Both the position numbers and the translations under genes were made by a program. A stretch of DNA of 64,000 nt from Squalus acanthias. Taxonomy: Eukaryota. This document shows, one piece after another, positions 33,761-46,100 of the stretch (within the stretch, counting starts at the first letter, position 1; every line of letters begins with the position of its first letter). The stretch covers positions 15,688,001 through 15,752,000 of the forward strand of contig CM059433.1 in assembly GCA_030390025.1 (NCBI GenBank). Reading direction: 5' to 3'. The notes beneath the pieces were generated by a model. The model saw only the letters and a list, made by a program, of their open reading frames with translations, was not told the origin of the DNA and made no database searches.

Positions 33761-36112
33761 CAGAAAATAATAAATAGTCTACAACTTCTACGCTAAACTG
33801 TGCTGTAATTAATAGCTTTGTCCCATTCGATACACGCAAGTTTCCTCTTTTCATGCTTTTGCAAATCAAACTTTCTTAATGGGAGTTGCATCTGAAGATA
33901 CCTCTGCACTCATTCTGTTCTGGACCAACAATTAATTTTATTTACACTAGTCGTCGATGAACTAACTTTTCCTGACAGTTCCTATGGATTATTATTTGCC
34001 ATTCCCAATAACAAGAGCAATTTCAGAAGCAGACAAAAATCAGTTCTTTTCCTCCCTTTGAATGGCTTCACTCTGTTCCCATTAATTTGCATGTATCTCA
34101 AGATACTGGTAGTGACAGATTTTGGTGTTTTGATTGAGTACTTATTTACCAGGGAGGCAACAGTGCTAAAAGCAGCCCTTTCCAAACCGAAAGGCCCATA
34201 AAATTCAAACAGAACAAACCAGTAAATAAGGAATAGAAGTGCAAATGGGACTGATAACTGGGCTTGGAGGGCTGGATTACAAGGGAACAGGGGCCACAGG
34301 TTGAACACCCATGGTTCATTTCCTTCATTTATTTTGATTGTCTTCTTAATATCATGAAACGTTTCATAGACCTCCTACGTGGAAGTAGAGACACAGTTCA
34401 CTCACTTGTTGATCTCCAACCAAACACTCTGCATCCCCATTGGATTACTCGATGGGCTTCTGTCTCAAATATGGCAGATTAATGTTCTCGCGGGTCTTCA
34501 TCAAGAAATCAAGTTTTCAGTCAGTGGAACGTGCTTTTTGACTTTTATACTGTTTCTCTGCCATGTCTCTACCCAGTTAAAAAGTGTGAAACAGTCATTA
34601 TTCCAAGTTACAAAGCCATAATCAGCTAGGTAACTTCGGTGAATAGCAATGAATTTAAAAACCACACACAACTAACAAGGAAAACGTTAAATTTAATGGG
34701 TTAAAATCTGAAAAATCTGTAATCCACATAATGGCAAATTTGCCTTCTATCATGATACAACTAACAGGAGTGTGGAGGGCAAGACTGACACAAAAGTACT
34801 GCCAAGATAGATTTAAAAAAAATGTTAAAAGCCTCTACGAAAAATTTACTACCTGCAGGAACCCTCACTGTTCCCTTTCTGGGCCTCCAAGGTTGGGTGT
34901 CAAGTCAGGACCACAAATCATGTCATTAACAGAGTCCTTACAATATGAATTAGCAGCCCTAAATGGCTGCGGTGAGATTAATTCGCATTAACGGAATACA
35001 GCCAGCAATTTCATGACATGTAATTAATTACAACGGGGAGGCTCACGGAGAGGTAGCAATTTTTTGGTTTTGTCAAGGCTAATGGTGGAGCGGCGCAAAT
35101 CATCCAGCAATTTGTGGAGAGTCGGAACTCGTGGTGTATCTCTGCTTCGCCACAAATCGCTGGATTTTTTACCAACTTAAACTTGCCGTTATTTTTCCAG
35201 CAGTTTCTGGGCCCACTATGTTGGATTCTGTTGTCCTTAGTTTCTGGGGCTCAGTACGTGCTAGTGAAAATAAGGTAACTCTTTTCCTTTCTGCATTGTG
35301 TGCTTGTTTTCTTCTGCTGACAGAAGTGCACAATCTATGGAAATAAAATGCAAGACGCTTGGCAGAGTTATCATTGACGTCTGCCTGAAAAGGGGACCAG
35401 AAAACAAATCAAGTCAGGGCAGATTGCTTTTCTTTTGACGTAATAAGGAGCAACCATGTGAGAGGTTAAGGTAGGACTGAAAACACTGATTCAGTCGTCT
35501 TGAGTTACTCATAAGTGATGCTAGAGTTATAAATATATATATATAAAACGTTTTGCAAACATATCTCATTTTTAATAATAAAGTTAAATTATAATTATGA
35601 CGTTATTATCTTTTGAGTTGCAGAAAGTAAACTAAATTCTTTTTTGGATGGAAGAAACCAAGTTAAGAAGTGAGCTGCGTCTGTAAATTAGCAAAATAAT
35701 AGCAAACTTGCCAGCAAGCCTACACTTAGAGACCCAGAGTATAACTCAGATATTCCTATTGCAAACTTCCTTACTTAGGATGAATGAAGGTAAGATTCGG
35801 GGCTGATGTATCAAATATAGACCCCCGGTGGGCAGCCTTGTCCACCTAAGGGCATATTGGGAAATTGCACTGTGCTGACACAATCCTTTAAAATTAATTG
35901 GTTTGGTTATTACAATTGTTGTACCACTGAAGGTTAAACCCTTTATTTTCAATTCAAATCATACACTCATCATATGTAATCAATATAAGTCATTCACACT
36001 TACTGACAGGTTGCAAAAGATTGCTCCCTATGAAAAATAGAAAAGCTTTTGTCCTGCGTCAAATAGGGAAAAAAGCTTCTGTATTTTGCTTAAATCAATA
36101 ATGAAACAACTA

Positions 36113-38200
36113 GGGCTGGATTTTCTCAATGGGGAGCTTTTGGAGGCGGGACTCCCACTTGTCGGGTTTTAGTCCCGCCTCCATCGACTTGTGGCCAACC
36201 CACGCTATTTTCCCTTGATTGACCTTGTTAAGCCCGCCCAGTGGGCTCAGCAGGCCAATTAAGGGAAAGCCGGTTACAGGTGACATCAGCGAGTAACGTT
36301 TCATCTGTCAAGAGCTTTTGACAGATGAAATGTCAGCGTTTGACGGCTCTGTGAAGCTGTCAAACACTGACAATCTGTCCTCTAAGTTGAGCCCTTCCAC
36401 GAAGGCTCAGTTAGAGAGCTCTCCTGAGCAGAAAGCAGAAGGCTGCAGCTTTTGACAGTTCAGCGGCCATTCTGCTTTCAGGGGCAGACTCGGCCATCAC
36501 TGCTCGGGCAGTCATCTGGGGCTCTGACTAAGGGGTTAGAAGTTGGAGCGCTTGGAGAGGAGCCCCCAATGCATGTTGCCTCCCACCATCATGGCCCCAC
36601 TGATGTGCAGCAAAGTGCTCTCCAGCCATTTGCTAGCAGAGAAGTGCTGGAGAGCACTTTGCTGCACATCAGTGGGGCCATGACGACCCATCTCTGCACT
36701 GACAGTCCTCATAACAGGGACGTCCATGGACTTCTGGTTCCTCTCCATGATAGATGCCCATCCATATCCATATCCTCCATAGCTGACCATCTATGTAGAA
36801 AAGTCACCATGTTCATTTGAGTCTGTCGATTTATGTCCTCCATGGAGGTTGCCATCCTTTCCGTGGCAGTACCTACATTTGCCATTGCGTGCACCATGGT
36901 ATTGCTCATATTTGAGATGGACTCCTCCATTCGCTGCACACTCGCAGTCACCGTGGTTGCAAACTCAGTCAGAGCCTCCTGCACTTGTTCCTGAAGCTCC
37001 AGCACCGCTCTCTTTCTGGATGGCCCCCGAGGCTCAGCGTCCACATACAGCTGAGCAGAGCCGGGAGCGCCCTGCGGCCTCCGACGAGGACTCTCCACTG
37101 CTGTCCCTGTCTCCACCATCTGCTCTTACTCACTCATGCGTTGTGATACACCAGGTGGCAACACTACTCTATCTCTCAAATGTCCCACCGTGGTGTGCGT
37201 CTCTGCGCTGGTGCTGGGTGTGATCATTTCTCCCTCAGAGGATGCAGCATCCCACAATTTCCAGAGCGGCCTCCTCAGCATTGGTCAGCTGTGATAAGGA
37301 TGGTGATCCTCCTCCTGTTCTCTCCCTCTCCCTCTTATTATGGCCTCTCTTTTCCTGCAATGAGGGAAAGAAGTGGAGTTTCAGTGAGAGTGATGGAATG
37401 AGTGTAAAGAATGGGTAGGATGGATGTTTAGAGGGAGACTGTGAAGGAGTGGGTTCCCATTACAAAGTTCCCTCCTTTTTGTTGTTAGTTGTCAGTGCAT
37501 AAACCTTGGGGGTAGGTGTGAGGTTCGATGGGGAAGTGATTCTGTAGATAGGGAGAGAGGGATGGGGAATGGTGCAAGGGATGTTGGGGTGAGTTAGGGT
37601 GTGCAGGAGTAGGGTTGGCAATGCAGAGTGATGGGGATGTGATGACAGGCACAGCAGGATTAAGTTAAGTGAGCTTTTATACTCACTTTTCCAGAGCGCA
37701 GGAGATCATTGAACCTTTTCCTGCATTGGACCCGGGTGCGTCTGACCATGGACCTGGCACTGACCTCCTCAGCTATTTGCAGCCAGGCTGCCTTTGTCTG
37801 CTGAGGAGGTTTCCTTCTTCCATCAGCTGGGTATAGGACCTCCTGCTGTCCTCTGACTCCCACCACAAGAACATGGAGGGAGTCTTCGTTGAAGTGGAGG
37901 GCTGCCTTTTGTCTCTGCAGACATCGTGGTGAGAAGCAGCAGTCAGAAGCATCAGAAACGACCTGAGATTTAATGGGGAAATGGCCCCCCTTAAATTCAA
38001 CGGCTGCAAACGCGTCAGCAGAGCAGCTGAACAAACCCGCACCTTGTGATCAGGGCGGGTAACCCACTCGGCGGGCTGAACCAGCCCAATTAACCAAAAA
38101 TTGTGTCAGCAGTGCAGCTGGTGCTGACAGCGGGACCGGAACCTGCCGACTAACATTCCCGACACCAACCCGCCTCCAAGCAGAAGATCGCTGCCTAGGA
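36113..38200 (-). mobile_element. Harbinger deletion derivative retaining the Myb gene but no transposase
   Basis: TIR gggctggattttt at 36113; Myb exon (VLYPADGRRKPPQQTKAAWLQIAEEV...QCRKRFNDL); exon 3 homologous to 46328-46940 and 63300-63990. Confidence 0.85.
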
Positions 38201-38271
38201 GAGCAAGAGGCCAATGCTGCATCAGTGCACAGGCCTCATTAGAGGTCAAAGACAGAGCCCAGGATTTTCCT

Positions 38272-38406
38272 AAATAACAACAGAAAGTGCTGGAAACACT
38301 CAGCAGGTCAGACAGCATTGAGGAGAGAGGAGAAACAGAGTCAACGTTTCGGGTCGATGACCCTTCGTCAGAACTGGAAAAGGTGAGGGAGGAGAGATTT
38401 CTCTCC
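38272..38406 (-). mobile_element. Penelope terminal repeat fragment
   Basis: Matches 42585-42690; 14-bp TSD cccaggattttcct (38258-38271, 38407-38420). Confidence 0.88.
38339..38375 (-). ncRNA. Minimal hammerhead ribozyme-like motif with intact core
   Basis: agtt-CTGACGA-a-gggtc atc gaccc-GAAA-cg-tt-gact. Confidence 0.6.
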
Positions 38407-38739
38407 CCCAGGATTTTCCTTTTGGTTGTGTCTATAACATGACATCTTTGATGTGTGTCTGTAAGAACAACACAGCAGATATACAGACAGGAGAAGTATT
38501 TTCACGGTCATCTCCAAGCAGTGTGTCCAGTTGTTTGGGAAGTGCTTCTTTTAACTTGTTTTGCCTTTTCATTTAGCTGCATTTGTTTAAGTACATTGGG
38601 TGTTTTTCTTCTTGCATTTCAGTTTATTTTAGCCCTTTAAACTTTTTCTTTCTGTCACCACCTACCAGTCAGGGATGTCTCACAGTAATTTGCAACAGCC
38701 CTCGCTGGGATTCCCCTTGTCCTCTGGGAGCTAAAGGGT

Positions 38740-38950
38740 ATCTACCACAGAAGGCTGTGGAGGTCAAATCACTGAATATATTTAAGAAGGAGATAGATAG
38801 ATTTCTAGACACAAAAGGCATCAAGGGGTATGGGGAGAGAGCGGGAATATGGTATTGAGATAGAGGATCAGCCATGATCGTGTTGAATGGCGGAGCAGGC
38901 TCGAAGGGCCGAATGGCCTACTCCTGCTCCTATTTTTCTATGTTTCTATG
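38740..38950 (+). mobile_element. CR1 LINE family B 3' end
   Basis: LPQKAVEVKSLNIFKKEIDRFL...GYGERAG; 3' UTR gggccgaatggcctactcctgctcc and ttctatgt repeats. Confidence 0.88.
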
Positions 38951-39366
38951 GTGGATTTGCAGAGGTGGGTGGCACAGACCCAGAATTACTCATGGAGGCT
39001 GGTTCTCTGACCCTGCTAGAGCCCCTTGGGCACGCCAGAAAAGATGTGTCTTTGCCACCTATGCTCAACTCGGGAGTACTTCACCAGGTTGGGATTGCAC
39101 CATCGAGGTGCCACCTTGCTGTGCCAGCAGAGGAGTACTCTGGAGAGGCTGGCAGCACATTAGATGTGCACAAGCTGCATGCCAAAGTGGGAATATGTAA
39201 CTGACATAGGCATCATGCAGTTCGATTCTTTTACAGTGAGATGGGAGGGTGGCAAGATTTTCAATTGGAAGTTGCGCCTCAAATGTAGACGATATTTGTA
39301 TTAAATATTTCTAGTAACTTCTTACATATCAACTAACTTGTTAGAAAAAAAATGGAAGAGATGGGG

Positions 39367-39514
39367 GTGTAGAAATTCACCTCAGATGGTGGTGCAAAGC
39401 GAGCGGTATCGCCCGTTACACGCAATGCAGCCGAATATCAGGTGCTGCATATAACAAGCGGCCGATTCGATACCACCCATTTTGGCGCCACCGCCCCAGA
39501 TGAATTTCTATCCC
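39367..39514. mobile_element. Short palindromic MITE (Harbinger-like ends)
   Basis: tagaaattcacct ... agatgaatttcta inverted termini. Confidence 0.6.
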
Positions 39515-39666
39515 GGGATGCTTTTACTCCAAGATCTGACCGGATCAAATAATTGTCTGCTGTTTATATCTCCTTGCAAAGTTACAATAAATCTGAATTT
39601 CCACTGCAGGCATAAACTGGTTATATAACACTATTTCTAAGGTGTTGAAGTTTGCTCAGCAGGCTG

Positions 39667-39992
39667 TTTTTTTTAAATTTATTCGTTTATGGGATGTGGG
39701 CGTCGCTGGCAAGGCCGGCATTTATTGCCCATCCCTAATTACCCTTGAGAAGGTGGTGGTGAGCCGCCATCTTGAACCGCTGCAGTCTGTGTGGTGAAGG
39801 TGCTCCCACAGTGCTGTTAGGCAGAGAGTTCCAGGATTTTGACCCAGCGACGATGAAGGATCAGCGATATATTCCCAAGTCAGGATGGTGTGTGACTTGG
39901 AGGGGAACTTGGAGCTGGTGGTGTTCCCATGCGCCTGCTGCCCTTGTCCTTCTAGGTGGTAGAGATCACGGGTTTGGGAGGTGCTGCCGAAG
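39667..39992 (-). mobile_element. CR1-group LINE family A 3' fragment
   Basis: Matches 11813-12135. Confidence 0.9.
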
Positions 39993-41520
39993 AAAATAGC
40001 ACACATTGGAAATTCGAGAAGGGCACGTGCAGCCAATATGCTAAAAATGAAACCCAGTGGAATGCAAAGCCGAAAGAAAATATTTGAGAAGACTTATTTA
40101 GGGAAATCAAAAATTTCTATGCAGGACCAGATTTCTGGGAGAGAAGAGGGGGAGAGAGGACGAAGAGGGACATAGAGGTAGGTAACAAAGAGTATTGTCC
40201 TTCACTTATTTAATGGTGTGTAATCCTTCCTGGTATACAGCACTCGGATTTCCCAAGTAACAAAATCTAATTAAGACCCTGCACTCATACATGTCTATTG
40301 ATCAAAACTACTGGTAGATGTTCAACTCAAGTAAATGTGAAGGTGAACTTTAAAGAGGGAATCCAATTGAGGATTTAGACGGCATAATACAACATCAGGA
40401 TGAAGCTTTAGCAATATTCTTGTCAGCTAGAGATTGGATAACTGTAATAGTCTGATGGTCGCTATTATTTGAGTTTTTAAAGATTTTTATCATGATAGTT
40501 CTTTTGATATTGTGGGCTACTATTGAGGTATGTAGGATTGTACAGGATGGGAGACTGATGCAAGACCTCATAACGTATCAGCCTATAATACAGAACAACA
40601 CTGCAGAAGATTTCCTCTGTGCACCATGTGTAACTGGTTTACAAAGCATGGGTTTACAGTCTTGTTACATGCCGCTTGATAGCACTATCGATGACACCTT
40701 CCATCAGAGGAAATATTTCCCAAAGGAATATTGGCCTGTGATGGATGACCTTGCAGAATAAAAGGTTATGAGGATGCAGAAATGCACAAGAGAATTCACC
40801 ACCCTTCATTCAATGTTGCGAACTCCTTTCACCTTCACCAAGTGAACATGGAATGTTACCAGGGAAAGTTTTACCTACCGATGAGAATTAATTTGCAATG
40901 ACTGGCAGACAAATGAATAAATTCGCACTGAGCTATTCTCATTAGTAGTAAAATGTGATTAATGATAAACTGGTGCTAGTCCACTCTTCACCTGTCAGGC
41001 TCACTCAGCAAACACATAGCAGAGTTTTAGTTAATGGAATAAAATACTGAGCATTTAAAGTATCTGGTGGTTTGGGAATAGGCTATCAAGAGATAAGTTT
41101 GTTTGTAAAATGCAGACATTTTTATGTAACTACTTATCCAATTGACATTCTAACAAGTAGGGTTAATTAACTAAATCAGATAAAATTATAAGGTCTTATT
41201 TTACTCAAAGACTGGGTCAAGAAGATTGCAGCCTTGTTACACTTAATCTTTTGGGTTTTTAAATTTAGATGTGGTTATTTATATTAGAAGCATTGATTTC
41301 GATGTTGTGATTGACAATACAAACAACTGAGGATTAAGAATACCTTTCTTACAGGAATGGCAAACTTTGAGCAGGCTAGTTGCACCCCCCTCAAATACTG
41401 TATGGTCAGAAATGTTTCTTATTATTACTACTTTTTCATTGCAAAACCATTTAAACTGCATGTTTTGAAGCAGGGTTCACACCCACCAACATTAATTTAT
41501 CTGTGCTCGCCACAGACGTT

Positions 41521-42690
41521 CCACCCTTTCCTCACCTTCACATGGTCCATCTCCGACTCTTCCCTTCCCTTCCTCGACTTCTCTGTCTCCATCTCTGGGG
41601 ATAGGCTATTGACAAACATCCACTATAAGCCCACTGACTCCCACAGCTACCTGCACTACACTTCCTCCCAATCCGCTTCCTGTAAGGACTCTATTCCATT
41701 CTCCCAGTTTCTCCGTCTCCGCCGCATCTGCTCTGACGATGCCACCTTCCATACTAGTGCTTCCGACATGTCTTCCTTTTTCCTCAACTGAGGATTCGCC
41801 TCTACTGTGGGTGACACGGCCCTTGACTGTTTCCGTTCTATTTTCCGCACTTCTGCTCTCACCCCTTCACCTCCCCCTCCCTCCCGGAACCACGATAGGG
41901 TTCCCCTTGTCCTCACCTTTCACCCCACCAGCCTCCACATTCAACGGATCATCCTCCGCCATTTCCGCCACCTCCAGCGTGATCCTACCACCAAACACAT
42001 CTTCCCCTCACCTCCCCTTTCAGCATTCCAAAGGGACCGTTCCCTCCGCGACATCCTGGTCCACTCCTCTATCACCCCTTCCCCTTTGCCCGGCACCTTC
42101 CCATGCAAGCGCAGGAGATGCAACACCTGCCCTTTTACCTCCTCCCTTCCCACCATCCAGGGTCCCAAACACTCCTTCCAGGTGAAACAGCGATTTACTT
42201 GTACTTCTTGCAATTTAGTATACTGTATTCACTGCTCACGATGCGGTCTTCTCTACATTGGGGAGACCAAACGCAGATTGGGTGACCGCTTTGCGGAACA
42301 CCTCCATTCAGTCTGTAAGGGTGACCCCGAGCTTCCGGTCGCCTGTCACTTTAATTCTCCGCTCCACTCTCACTCAGACCTCACCATCCTCAGCCTCTTA
42401 CACTGTTCCAATGAAGCTCAACGTAAGCTCGAGAAACAGCACCTCATCTTTCGATTAGGCACTTTACAGCCTTCTGGACTCAACATCGAGTTCAACAATT
42501 TCAGACCATAACCTTCCCTTTTGTTCTTTCCTCCCCTCCCCTCTTTCCCTGCCCTTGCTTTAAAACCTGTTCCATCTCCAGCTTTTTCCAGTTCTGACGA
42601 AGGGTCATCGACCTGAAACATTATCTCTGTTTCTCTCTCCACAGATGCTGCCTGACCTGCTGAGTATTTCCAGCATTTTCTGTTTTTATT
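41521..42690 (+). mobile_element. Penelope-like retroelement, 5'-truncated (RT C-terminus, GIY-YIG endonuclease, terminal repeat)
   Basis: LPFLD, HYKPTDSHSYL, SIPFSQFLRLRRICS; NLVYCIHCSRCGLLYIGETKRRLGDRFAEH...PSGLN; TSD acagacgtt / acagatgtt; hammerhead-like motif at 42590-42626. Confidence 0.95.
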
Positions 42691-43073
42691 ACAGATGTTG
42701 TCTGACCTGCTGGGTAATTTCCAACATTTGCTAATTTTGTCCCATCAAATCTAAATTGCTGATTCCAATGTTGTAATACATGTTTGAGCAGTAGATGCAG
42801 TTTTCATAAAGGATTTGTGAATCAATGTAAACAAATGTGCTATCCACAATGTCTACCAAGTGTTTAGAGAATTAAAATTTCCCTTCGAACTTTTTGAAAA
42901 TCGTTGTGAGCTTTCATGAATTCCTAAGTGAAAAAACAATATTCTACATGAACCAAGAGTCCTGAACATCAGTGATATGGTCCCTTCCATCATAACTCAA
43001 AAATGTTTAAGGATTTCCCGTGATATCTGGTGACAGTAAGCAAACTCCATTTTCAGCTCACTGGGATCATAAA

Positions 43074-43145
43074 AACATAAGAACATAAGAAATAGGAGCA
43101 GGAGTAGGCCATTTGGCCCCTCGAGCCTGCTCCGCCATTCGATAA
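43074..43145 (-). mobile_element. CR1 family B 3' tail fragment
   Basis: acataagaacataagaaataggagcaggagtaggcc; matches 46941-47020. Confidence 0.85.
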
Positions 43146-46100
43146 GGGGTAGTCTTACTGTTGAGGCTTGGATTCATATCTGAATATAACTATTTAGGAA
43201 AATTAGAAATATCTATGGTGGACCGGATTTTTGGGAGAGAAGAATGAGAGGGGGAGAGAGGACTTAGAGGGAGATAGAGGAATGCAATAAAGAGTATTGT
43301 CCTTCACTGATTTGATGGTGTGTCCTTCCTGGTAGATAGCACTGGGATTTCCCAAGTCACAAAATATGATTAAGACCCCATACTCACATATATCTATTGA
43401 TCAAAACCACTAGTAGATGTTCAACCCAAATCATTACAAAGTACCTTTCAGTAAGCTTTGATTACAATGCGCATATTTCTGTCTAAATTCTTTTATCTTT
43501 CGCTGAGTATTTAACCTCTCAAAATTGATTTTTTTGACCCAATTGTTTTGAGTGTTAACAATGTGCAAGGAAGTCATGAAGAACCAGGATATCTGTTCGA
43601 TAAACAGACCCCTTCCTTAGTTGACATAGACTGCTGTTCAAGACCAGTACACCCAGCAACTCTCCTACATACTTGACTATTTCTTTTAGAACTTCATTTA
43701 GTTGGGTAAAAAAGTTACGGTATTCTGTAATTATAGGATACCTGTTACCGGGGGTGACGTTCCAGGAATGGGGGAGGGGGATGTCTTCCAATTGTCTGCC
43801 GTAACTTCGGTGGGAGAGACATGGAATAATCGGGGGTGGGGGGGGGGGTGAAGCCATAAACACTAATAATCAAGACAACCCCCAACTATTCCATTTGAAC
43901 GGTCAGTATTTTCAACTGTTCCAGATAAACTGAACTTTAGTGCTGAACGAGCAGACCAATGCAAAACATTACTCTGTTTTTCATTTGTCAGGAAGTGGCC
44001 TTTTGAATGCATCGGATAAAATGGATGACATCTGCGATTATCTTGAATAGCCCGTCAAATTGCATTGTGAAATTTGGCTGACCTTTTTAAAGAAGCCGCA
44101 TAGATCATCTTGCAAAAGGCTGCCACTCTTTATTTAATGATATTAAACGGCAGATCAGACAGGCGAAAAAAAAAACTAACATTTTTAATCAATTTTTTAG
44201 GAAAGAGTGGGGGTGGGGGGGTCGTGGAATTGAACTGACGCAGCTGCTAGAGAATCCTTTTTAATTTTTTTTAATGTTTTTGGTTGGTAATAGCTTTTTA
44301 AACATTACAGTATGATCATACCTCCCCACTGTCCTCTTTTGATAGGGTCATTTCGGACATTAGACAGTGCCAGTGAAACAGATAGCAGCGGGGTGTATAA
44401 GTCTCAAGTCAGAAGGGTCAGTATTAAAGAATATTGTGCCAGGCTCCAAGCACGGGTCTGAGTGGGAAAAAAAACAATATTCTACACGAACCAAGAGTTC
44501 TGAACATCAGTGATGTGGCCCCTTCAATCATACCTCAAAAATGTTTAAGGATATCTGGTGACAGTGAGCAAACTCCATTTTCAGGTCACTGGGATAAGGA
44601 CATAATGAAAATTTAACACCACTTATAATGGGAAAAAGGGATAATTGGTCTGATATGAGTGACTTGAAGAATATTTACACAGTTCTCAACATTATGTTTT
44701 GAGAATGCCTAGGAGGGATTCTGGATTATTTTATACTAAACTGTTGCTGGTCGGTTAAATTCCACTCACAAGAGGTTAAATCCACAGAAGACTTCTTGGA
44801 ATTGCAGACTTTTTAACTCAAAGATTTGGGGGAAATATTCTGTTAACGTTATTCGGTTAGATAAGAACACTGAGTAACAAAACATTTATTTATGTTCCTT
44901 ATTGGTCTTGTTTTACATATTGCTAAGCTGCGGTTTCTATTGTATTGCAAGCTAATTCAATTTCTTTTTGTCTCTGTTTACCAGAACTGTACCAATATTA
45001 TTGTCATTTGCTTTCCTGTCAGAACTGGTTTACATTTCCAGTCCATGCCCTTCTCTTATACCACACAAAGGTTTGGCATTTTCTCCAGTGCCATTATCAG
45101 ATTCCTTTTGTGGATAATTAGAATAACTAACCCAAAAATGCCACAGAATGGCCGTGATTTCGCCTACCTGGGCAGCTTCAAGGCGGGAGAGGTCGGCGGT
45201 GGGGGGCGACCCCGTTACTGCGTGGATCCCGTCGATAAATCGAATCTTGCCCGAATGGGCCATGTTAGTCCCGCCCTGCGCGTTGCCCGGCCCTATTAAA
45301 GGGTGCGGGTCTGGTGACGTCACCGGATGGCGCGATTATTGCTGGTTTATTTAAAGGGGCCATGGTCCCAGTTACTGTCAGTTGCAAATTGATAGCATTC
45401 AGTGCTGTCAGTGTTTGAGTCTCTGCACTTTGAGCTTGCAGCGTCAATGAGCAGCACCTCGCTTCACAGATGAGTCCCTCCATCATCTTGTGGAGGGGGT
45501 GAGAGCACGTAGGGAGGTTCTCTTCCCTGCGGACGGCAGGAAGAGGCCTCCCCAGCAGACAAAGGCAGCGAGGCTGCAGATATCGCAGGAGGTTACAGGG
45601 CTGTCAGTGGTGGTTTGCACCTGGGTGTAGTGCTGCAAGAGGTTCAATGATCTAGTAAGATCAGGAAAAGTGAGTATTAAGCCACAATTACCTTGATGCT
45701 GCTGCGCGTCTCATCACATTCGCACCACTCTACATTGCCACCCCTACTCCTGCACAACGCACACAGCCCAACATCCTTTGTACCTTCATCCCTCTAACTC
45801 CATCTACATTATCAGGTCGCCATCTTACTATGCAGCCCTCACACTGAGCCTCATCGTTATGCAATGACAGCAACAAACAACACAAAAGAAGGCAACTTGG
45901 TATTGCCAACACACTCCATCAAATTGTCAGTGTAAAGCTCTATGCCATTCCATTCCTTACACTCATACCATCACTCTCACTGAACCTTCTCTTCTTTACC
46001 TCCTTGCAGGAAAAGATAGCCCACAATAAGAGGGAGAGGGAGAGAATGAAAGGAGGGCCTCCACAAACCATGTCATAGCTGATGAGTGCAGAGGAGGCAG

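Noticed and set aside
43555..43863. 102-aa minus-strand ORF
   Set aside because: The poly-Pro start comes from a G run and there is no recognisable motif.
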